A stretch of DNA of 64,000 nucleotides. Source: Ptychomitrium polyphyllum. Lineage: Eukaryota. Both the position numbers and the translations under genes were made by a program. How positions within the stretch are numbered: position 1 is the first letter of the stretch; the number at the start of each line of letters is the position of its first letter. Shown one piece after another: positions 26,300-36,113 of the stretch. The stretch lies in NCBI GenBank assembly GCA_973851085.1, contig OZ316776.1, forward strand, positions 15,934,001 through 15,998,000. The letters run 5' to 3'. The notes below the pieces were generated by a model, which had not been told where the DNA came from, did no database searches, and worked only from the letters and a program-made list of their open reading frames with translations.

Positions 26300-28130
26300 A
26301 AAACAAAAAATAAAACTTTCTCATGTACCGACACCATGTCAGAACACCAGTCGAAACCACCTCCTAACATCAGGAACTCCTTAGAAAACCAAACTCCGCC
26401 TGAGGATTTGCAATATACACCAGGTAAGCATACGTTCACATAGTTAAGGATTCAAAATGCTCGTTTGTAATACGCCTGTCAAAAAATTCGAGCTACAGTA
26501 CCTAGATTTGACGGATGTCAGCTTCGCGAATTGCAAGCTCATGCTGTAGCACATTTCATCGAGGTCCCTTGGACCCAAACGCTTCACTGTACTGGTAATT
26601 AAATCATCCAAAATTGGTGGAGAGCAAGCTGAGCTGCCGTCACTTGTTCCACTGCTGCATTCAAACAAGATATCTGCAAAAACATTCAACAGTCATTAAT
26701 TCATGTTGACGTTCAGGCTACGTGTAAAATAATAATTGGAGTTGAAGCCTGTAGAGAATTTTCTTTGTTGGCACAAAGTCTCTGAAGAAGTTCAAAGCGA
26801 GAATTGCAGTCCAAGGTTTTGTATCAAAACACGTGTGCAGCGAATCAGATGCTAAGCCGATTAAGGCAGAACACATGTAGCCCATACACAACAGGAGTGC
26901 CGGCTTCCGCAAGTGTAATCTCCAAAATCAACTGAGAAGAAAGGAAGAAATGATGAACGCTGAATCCAGTTAACTTCGGTTAAATGATAACAAGCCTATG
27001 CTATGTTGCAATAAATTCACATGTTATCAGTTCAAATGTATCCCTACTACAATAGTTTGAGTGTGCCGAGCAATGTAGCATAGATTGAAGAAAGTGTCTC
27101 AATTGTTATTCCAATCCTGGAATTGAATAAGGAATTTTTAGTCTTGTAGAACTGGTCGGATCAATACTGGGAAACTGAACAGAAGTCGTACAAGGAGTCC
27201 TCTTTTAGTATCGCTTATGAGCTGAATGCTTATAATTGGCAGTAATTACTAATACTACTATGATTTGCTGAGAGATTTAAACCCTGAATATTTGTAACAA
27301 TGATGGTCAAGGCTTCCGCAATGCACCGAACCTGGGCATCAGCAACATGATTCGATGATGCAAGCTTATGTACATTCAACACCATCGTGTCAATCTACAC
27401 ACCACAAAACATACTGATTCGGAAAGAGACGGGAAAATCGGACCGCTCCAAACTCACAACAGACACCAATGGCTAACTCTAGCTTCCCTAAGCATCACCT
27501 TGAAGGCTCATCCAAAACATAACCCTAAATTACATTTCCACTTTCCGCGTTACATTAGATCTCGTAACCCACCTTCAACTGCAAAGCTGCCTCCCAATCT
27601 CAAACCCACCATGAAAGGCTTATCGTATGCAGAACGGAAACAACCTCCTTTGACAATACCCATGACTAGCATCATCCTCACCTCCGACAGGATGCTTCTG
27701 TATAACACTCTACGAAATCTCACCCGACCTCCGACAGTATACTCTCCTTTCAGCTCGTCACTTATCTTGACCCCTACATTGCTGCTCGTGTTCCAGAGAC
27801 CATACCATTACCCGCCACTTCCTGCTCGCACATGAGAGACCACGGCCATTTATCGAGAAAGCATCACTCAAAGATCCTTGCAACGATGAAAATTAGAATC
27901 GATGGAGTTGCTGTTGCTACGTTGCAATCCAGACGCAAGGATCGAATTGAGTTGGAAAGTGAAGGAAAGAGCCCATGGGTGTGAAGAGGAACGTGTTGTA
28001 GGCACCACATGATTCAGCAACTCGAATATGACGATCTCCGCTTAGTATTCTCAGGTAAAAGTAAACTTAGAGAAAGAGTTAGCACGTGCTTAGGTCAGCC
28101 TGTTCATGATCATCCGTAGAGTCCACGCGA
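26300..28130 (-). pseudogene. Decayed tandem duplicate of the 28424-30573 gene, including its promoter
   Basis: Exon-2 copy IDTMVLNVHKLASSNHVADAQ (~27270-27393); exon-3 start DWNNN* with a premature stop (~27100-27116); exon-4 copy ILFECSSG..TVKRLGPR (26444-26672). Introns and promoter are alignable (GATGG(A/C)GTTGCTG and TGTTGTAGGCA at ~27900-28005 vs ~31608-31741). Coding exon 1 and most of exon 3 are deleted. Confidence 0.8.
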
Positions 28131-28423
28131 CAGCTACCTTTCAACACAGGAATAAGTGGTAGTACGGTGTGAGTTTCATAAGTAACCAATTAAATTGTAC
28201 TGAACTTACTTGAGGCCACCAATTAAGTGAACTCATTCGCCTGCTGTAAATATACATCGAATAGTTTTGATATACAAAACGATTCTGTAAGCTGAATTCG
28301 ATCTAAGGACTTAGAATATTTACACTAATAAAATTGTTCTCTTCCTCAAGGAGCCGCAGATGTTCCTTAGGAGTGAATCTACCAAAACACCCCAATCCGT
28401 CAGTTAAACCTGTATACTAAGGA

Positions 28424-30573
28424 CTACCTGAATAGAGCAGACTGAAGAATGTCAGCTTTGCGGATTCCAAGCTCTTGCCAGAGCCTCTCTCCCAGGCCCC
28501 TCGGACCCAAACGCTTCACCGTGCTGTTGGTTATATCGTCTATAACTGCTGGAGAGCCGGTTGAACTTTCACTTACTGCACTCCTGCACTCAAACAAGAT
28601 ACCTGCAAAGAGATAAAACAGTTATTATTCCGTCATGACGTGAAGGCAACGAGTAGCAAATAAGATGTAAAGTCAACCCTTGTTTGCTTTCGGCAGACTG
28701 GATGTAACACGTAATGTACATAGTATCATTGCGAGCAAGCTTCTCCAAATGCAAACTTCAATGTCAATTGTGGAGAAGAAAAGGAATGCATCATTAAGTT
28801 CAATTAGCTTTCTCCGGTTAATAAATAGCAACAGGTGCTACAATGCAGCAAATCCATCTATCAGCTCGTTTGTATCCCACTAGCGGGTGATAATACAACG
28901 ACTCGAGAAAATGACTTACTTGTTCTGAACCTAGTTCTATCTGCAGCAATGAAACACAGAATTGTGAACTGTCTAAAAATGCTCAAAAGGCACGAATACT
29001 CACCAGGCGTCTTGAAAGGGCTGGGCATCACAGGAGTGGGTGGAACATTGTCAATTTCAGTCACGACGGTCTCTCCATGCCGAAGCGGGTTACAAGTCTT
29101 AGGAGGCGATATACCGAACCCAGGTGTGTGCAGGAAAACTATTTCATCGTTGGAATGCTCTTGATGAGTAACTTGCGGTGAAGGGGTTTCAAATACCAGC
29201 TGGTTCTGACAAGTGGAACGCTCCGGAATCCAAAGATCTTCAGGACTTGGTGTTTGTTGATAATCACTATTCATAGAAAAAGCAACAAGATGCGATGGGG
29301 TAGACAACGATGGACTTTCGCTAATAGTATCAAGGACTCGGGTTGAACGAGGTGGTGACGGCATAAAAGGAGTTTGCGGTAATGGACTCAAGGATGTGCT
29401 TCTATATGTGCCACCTGTTCTGTCTGGGGCAATACTCATGAGAGATTCACTGTCACAGAGACTCCCACAACTACAGGGACTTTCACAATCCAACAAATCT
29501 GAAGTAACCAGTGGAGAACAGCTGATGGCGCAACAATTTAAATCGGTAATTAATGGACTGAGACTGGTACATTTGTCCCCACAGGCCGGTGTTGATTCAG
29601 AACTTAATGTATCAGACAGCACATGATCAAGATTGCTATGTGACAAAGATGATCGCTCAGCAGCTGCCTTCAGGTAGCTATTCCAATCCTGAAAGAGATT
29701 AGAAATTTTAGTCTCCTGTAAGAGTCATACTAGAAACCTTCTATTAGTATCGTAAAGAGTTAGTTTCTACTCAATCCCCTCGTATCTGCGCGCGAGGACG
29801 AACAAGTAGGCAGAATATATGAACAGATTGCTGGGCAGCTACTACACTATGGTGATTTTTTAAAATTCTGACCTGGAGATTTGCATCAATGTTGGCCAAG
29901 GCATCAGTAAAGTACTGAATTTCGGCATCAACGACATGATTTGACGCTTCAAGCTTTTGCATGTTCAACACCGCCGTGTCAATCTACACACGCATAACAT
30001 ACCAAGTCAGAAAGAGAGAAGTGCAGCACAAAAGAACGAGTACAAACGTACTGCATCTTCGTGTTATCAAATCGAGGAAGTAAGCTAATCATGCTAATCA
30101 TCGTTAGCTCAATTGGAGACCACCAAATAATACAGCTGACGCAGAAGATGGCAAGAGCCATGGTTGACATAAATCTGCGTGAAATGGTGCCAACACAACG
30201 ACATGCGGATCTATAAGTCGATGAAATGTAAATACGACAGCGGACAAAAAGAGGAATTCACCTAAATGTCATGAAAATCAGACCATCGTATACAATGCAG
30301 GAGGAAATAAACTCAACATCAAGAAGCACCAATTTTACCTTCAGAACAGGGACGAAGAGATACCTGGTACAGGGTTTGCGTGATTTGTGTATGGACATGA
30401 AGCAAGTTCTGTAGAGAGATTCTAGTTTCGTTCTGGTTAGCCTTGTCGGGTCCATCGTGGTGTACCTGACGACACTGGTTATATTCTTCATGTGGCGTGT
30501 GCACGAAAGATCTTCTTCCTTTCGGATGAGGGGTCCCATTGCCCCTCCTTGACTTCATTTTCACTTCCGACAT
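28424..30573 (-). CDS. Uncharacterised ~394-aa protein with an N-terminal helical domain and an SP/TP-rich disordered tail; candidate DASH/Dam1 Ask1-like protein. Exons 30573-30364, 29983-29873, 29688-29004, 28602-28424
   Basis: Four exons with canonical GT-AG sites and matching phases give one ORF: MSEVKMK...LQNLLHVHTQITQTLYQIDTAVLNMQKLEASNHVVDAEIQYFTDALANIDANLQDWNSYLKAAAERSSLS...GISPPKTC...KRLGPRGLGERLWQELGIRKADILQSALFR*. The same exons are recognisable in the neighbouring paralogous copy. Confidence 0.75.
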
Positions 30574-33500
30574 GCTCCCAATATGAAATATTTTAGGTCT
30601 GCCCAAAAAACATCATATATTATATTAGTTTACAACTAGCAATCAAAAAGTGCTCAGCCAAGAAGCAGACACTAACCCAACCGAAGTAGAAGGGCAAGGC
30701 ACACATCAGAAAAGGAGGAACGAAACAGTATATCATAGACTTCTTCCAAATTTCTCCAAGCACGACGGCTCAGGGAGGTTATCCGCAAGTGGAAATTCTC
30801 ATCCTATTAGGATGCATTTTGGCAAAGTTTTGTTTCATAAACTCAGGGTATTTGAATGAAGACCACTCGAGGAATAACCACTACTGCTAAAATTGGTCAA
30901 TAACTCCTGCTCGTTCAGTCATGACAACATCCAAGAGCTCAGGCAAAGCGGCAAGAAGCTGCCCACTCCCACGAAATAAATGATTCAAGCCTACAGGCTT
31001 TTTCGAAAGGCCGAGTAACAGGTGCCACTTCACAGCGGTATCGACCACGTGCATGATCAATCTCCTGCAGCTCAACCCGTTCGAGTTCAGACATTAAGCG
31101 AATCTCACATTAACATCAACATCCCAACTACAAATTCTAATCAAACCCCCAAATGATCTTAACCGCAATACCACTAAAACTCAGTGATTCCTTCCACTCT
31201 TCGCTCAGATCTCGATCCTCGAAACAGAAACTCAACGCCAAACCTTCCTGAACACTACCGACACTCTCTCTCACCCAAAACCCTAACCCACCAAGTCTCT
31301 CACCCAAAATCTCTCGCAATCCTCTCTTCTCCCGCCTTCAGCTCAAAGTTGTTACCAACACCACCATGGTCGATGCAAATCGGAAAGAAAACATCAACTC
31401 ATCCTCAAACGAAACCCATTTCACAGCAGCAATCTGACCTCCACGAAGAAACCACTGTGCGAAGCTCTGTTTCCGTCTTTCAGGTCCACCGCTGCTAGCG
31501 CTTCTTTTGATGGACGGCTTCGATTGCTCCGCCTGCATGCACGTTAAAGATCAACGCTGGCGATCTAAAGAGCGTCGATGAGAGAATCTTGCAAAGTGGG
31601 ATCGACGGATGGCGTTGCTGCAATCTTGACGAGTGAATGAATTTGAACTAGCAAGCGGGAAGCGGAGCTCCTGCGTTTGCGAGTGGATGAATGTTCCGCC
31701 CCTATACCTTCATCCATCCGCTTACCCGCTGTTGTAGGCAACTGAGTTTCATCACCCGCGTTTTCATTTGGGGATGCATCACGTTCTTTAGCGGTGACAG
31801 GCTATCCTCAGTACCACCTCTAGTTCTATGTTTGATGAAGCGAGGAATGAAGGGGCTCAGCCTTATTGATTTTAGGGTGACTAACTGACTTCCTGAAGAG
31901 ATTTTATGAGATGAAGTCTATGGCATTAGAATCATGGATCTAGTATTAACACTGTAAGGGAATATAATGAGATCCATCTCAAAACTGGTACGTTAAAAGT
32001 TTTCTAGTATGGCAACTTTTGTGTAGAGTTTTTATTTCTGGTAGGTTTTATATAAGTATGGTTATGTTCAATAAGTTGTGTTTTGGAAGAGAAATGCATT
32101 TTTTTTAAATTTGAAATAGACAAAGGGAGATGGGCGAATTTATAATTATGTGTTGAAAAAGAAACATAGTATTTGGAAAAAAAAAGTGGAAAATTAAGAT
32201 ATAGGTGTCTCTGAAGTTATTAAGTGGTAGATGGTCCTTGAATTATTTACATAGTGGTGAAATTTATTTATATTATATACTTTTTATAGGTTGATTTTTT
32301 GTTGTTTGTTTTGTGAAGGTTAATTAGAATAGTAGAGCTTATTGGATTGGGCATCATTTGAATTGGGCAAATTACAATTGGATAAATGATGAATATATAT
32401 ACTTTTAGATTAAGAATGGTTTTGAATTCATATGTAAGAATTTTTATAAAAATCAAAAACTATTTTTTTTTCATCTGATATTTGATTGTTGCACTTTATT
32501 CTATTTTTACTTTCATTCGATTCACTATTATTTGATTTTCTTTTAGCCTCATTATTTCTTTCATTTTATCTTTTATTAATGTAAAACATACATGTTTAGG
32601 ATCTGAACTCTTGAAAGACAAGAAATATCATGTCCATAAAAAAGTACACATGCAATGTCGAATCAAATAAATAACATATTAAACCAAACTGTAAAATGGA
32701 ATTGTGCAATTGCCAGTCCCGTATAAATGTAGTTCAAATCTTGAAAAAAGGTACAACGAGGTAGGTAACCACTTAAACTTTATAACTTATAACTAAAACC
32801 AAGACTTTGATCATGGTTGCTACCCTGCTAACGGGTGAGGCCACAGAGTGAAAAACGGGATTTAAATCGCGCTTGCAATACGTAAAACCGTTACTGTACC
32901 TTAATCTAAGATTATCTACGACTAATGTACATCTCATGTACTTAAATCTACAAAACTCATCCGCAGTGTCGCTTTATGATTGCTTCCGTAAGAAGTGGGG
33001 CTCTGGAGTGTAAAGACCAGAATTTGGATGACGCTCATGGCAAGGAGCCAAGGCGAGTTCACGACGTCCACTGCACAAACCGATAACTAGGTGACACCTA
33101 GATGTTACTGTAATGATGCGAATGATATACCCGGCAAGTATCAGGCAGATATCTTTTAAAACGGAGAACATTATCACGTCGTAATGCTTTTCGAGACTCC
33201 TTACGCTGCAACTCAATTTCAAAGCACACAGACGATTACTTCTATGGCGACACAATTGCCAACACAATCACAGCAGGTTTCTCGTGCGCCACCTCAAATT
33301 CCAGTGTGCACCACGCCATGGCTTTGCTTTTGCTTTGCTTTGGTTTTCTTTCTCGCACTACATAGAGAACACGCTCAACAGGATAAGACCAATGTCGACC
33401 ACTGCATCAAGTTTTTCGGACCAGAGCTTTTCGAGGTTCCCTGGTTTGGTTCAGGATACCATTATTCTCCAAGGTTTATAGGTTTGTTACGGTTTTTCTT

Positions 33501-33669
33501 TAGTGACCGTGGCTCGTTTGCAGTCTGTATCCCCTGTTTCTTGCGTTTCTGGACAATCGCAGTCGTTGCGGCGTTTTGTGGTTGTGCGAATGATCGCGAG
33601 CGTTAGGTGTTTAGTTTTCGTTTGAATGTGATTCATATAGGTTTGTTGGTTTGTCGCGGTTTTTCTTCA

Positions 33670-34575
33670 ATGAACGCGGCTCTCTTGCCGTCGGCATCTC
33701 CTGTTTCTTGTATTGTTGGAGAGTTGGTATCGCGTTATGGAATTCGAGGTGGTGCCATTTCGTTGAAGGGCGAAGGGAGTCGGCGATGTGGATCTTTTTT
33801 CATGAGTCTGCGGTTTTCGTTTTGCGGTGCGGGCGCTGTGCGTGTGGAATCGCAGTGGCGAGGGTTTGGAGGATTGGATTTGAGTACGCCATGGCCGTCG
33901 CGCGCGAGCGGACGGCTTGGTGCGCTCGCCGTGCGGCATAGGGAGCTTCTGGTGACGACGAATTGGCGGGACGTGAACATTGCGGAGCTACGAGCGCTGT
34001 TGACGGGAACTTCGCAGAACTGCGACCAGTTTCCGAAGCTGAATCCGGACGGGTCGATTCCGGAAGTAAGTCCTGTGAAGTTGAAGCGCGCAATTCAGCA
34101 CAGTTTCATCGTGGTGGCGATGTACGTACGCGGGGAGCTCGAGGAGGATTACTACCCGGACCGGCCTGAGGATGTCGATACGTCTCCACGGTTGAAGCGA
34201 ACACTAGTTGCCTTCGGGCGCGCCACGTCGGACCGCGCGCTCACTGCGTCCATCCACGACCTCGCTGTGGCGCCATCGCTGCAAGAGCAGGGGATTGGCC
34301 GCCGTCTCATGCAGCGTATTGTGCGAGAGGTTTGCCGGCATGGCATCTCGGATATATCCGTGATGGCTAATCACGAAACCAGACCCTTCTTCCGCGCGTG
34401 TGGATTTGGCTCCGACATCCTGGGATCCACTGCCATGATGTACACTGCTGCAGAAGATTGCAGCGATGCCGAGAGCTCCATGCTGCTCGTCCCGCCTCCT
34501 CTTGAGGAGACATGGACGCTTGACGCTGCGGAAGCTCGCAGGAAGGAGGTCGCGAAGAATGTAGCATCAGCTTAG
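33670..34575 (+). CDS. GCN5-related N-acetyltransferase, plastid GNAT/NSI-like (GNAT3-type), intronless CDS
   Basis: Transit-peptide-like N-terminus. Contains LVAFGRATSDRALTASIHDLAVAPSLQEQGIGRRLM (acetyl-CoA binding Q-x-x-G-x-G motif) and FFRACGFGSDILGSTAMMY. Confidence 0.88.
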   Translation: MNAALLPSASPVSCIVGELVSRYGIRGGAISLKGEGSRRCGSFFMSLRFSFCGAGAVRVESQWRGFGGLDLSTPWPSRASGRLGALAVRHRELLVTTNWRDVNIAELRALLTGTSQNCDQFPKLNPDGSIPEVSPVKLKRAIQHSFIVVAMYVRGELEEDYYPDRPEDVDTSPRLKRTLVAFGRATSDRALTASIHDLAVAPSLQEQGIGRRLMQRIVREVCRHGISDISVMANHETRPFFRACGFGSDILGSTAMMYTAAEDCSDAESSMLLVPPPLEETWTLDAAEARRKEVAKNVASA

Positions 34576-36113
34576 CATTAGCATTATCCGTCATCGGAGT
34601 TGTATCATATGCCATTTGGCTCTCGCGGGAAGAATTCTTCTCTCCATGTTCATGCTTGTCGATGAATGTTGTCAGTCTCCAGAGGTCCCAGTTCTTATGG
34701 ATCTTTTCAAAATGTCAAGTGTCTTTTTAAAATTTTCTCTAGACACTGTTTGTATCCATGATTGCAACGTTCGATGTTTGTTTTCAGGTGCGTTTTGAGG
34801 AAGTAGGGATGAGTGACGGCTGTATCTTCGATGAAGGATTGTGGTGCGTTGGAGGAACTAATGGGCTGCCATTTTGTAAAAAAGTTCGTATGAAGAGAGG
34901 ATTGGATTCAAACTCTTTCAGTATGGGATAGCAGGATGCTTTGGGTGCTGGAAACCGCTACTACGTCAACTTGACCATATAGCTATTTGGCTCAGCATCG
35001 AAACAATACATAGTTTGTGCAGCTTATATCTCTACAAATTTAGGTTTCTGCTTCTCAACGCTGTGACAGTTCCCTATGCAATGGCCAGATTCAACAAATA
35101 TTTCTGTCAGGTAGTTATCTAAATTGGAAGTTTAAGATTTAGTTTTTGAAAAACATTTTAAAAACCTCAACAATGTATTAAAAAATATTGGAAGTCTGAG
35201 ATCATTTATATCACAAATTACCCAATGCACCTCACTCTTGGTTAAAACCTTATACTTGGATAATGCCATGCATGAGAGTTAGACAATTGTTTAATCATAG
35301 TATGTGTATAAATTGTACAAAGAGGTAAATACTAAATTTGAAACAATTACAGGAAATTCTATATGAAGTTCCACTTCTATAAATTTATGGTATTTTATTT
35401 CATGGACTATATTCCTATCGTGTAAAATTTATGAAATCCATATTATAAATGAAAATATCTATGTGTATGTTATTTAACTTTCATTTTGCTTTCATTTGAC
35501 TTCCGTTTTGCTTTCATATTCCATTTAGCAAATACTTTATTATCTTTAGACCACAGCCTTCCAGAATAGCTCTCTGAAGTGTACCTTTTCTGTCAACACA
35601 AACAACTTTCAGACTAAGATATGGTATGAACATACTTAGGAACAAATCGTCTTCACTACATTTAGAAGCTCTGCAAACCTGTACTTACGAAATGCTGCTA
35701 ACAACTGTAGTTTAGAACACATGAGTTGATATTCTACTTAAGAACATGCAAAACCGCAAGCAATGAGTTTCCCAAAATACCAAATGGGATGATTACTTCC
35801 AAACCGTATGCAACAACGAACCTAAGTTGATCATTTGACAACAGAGAGTTTTCATATAAAAACAGGAACTGACCAGGTTGGGGTTCAGTCCCTAAAGAGT
35901 TCAGCCAACGTCATCATCATCAGCATCACCATAGCATTGATACAAACCTCGGTTATGAGGGTTACATGTATATACATAATGTTCCGTTCTAAGGTTGAAA
36001 GAACACAAGAAACGAATTGACGTACCAGAGCTCTTACCAAAAACCTGCTACTAACATTAACTCGCATTCTACAGGGGACCGGATCACTCTTAACACACTT
36101 CAGAGAATAAAGC

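Noticed and set aside
27368..27835. 155-aa + strand ORF
   Set aside because: Low-complexity antisense frame across the pseudogene's intron and leader remnants.
33651..34615. Multiple overlapping/antisense ORFs over the GNAT gene
   Set aside because: Expected shadow ORFs of a GC-rich CDS.
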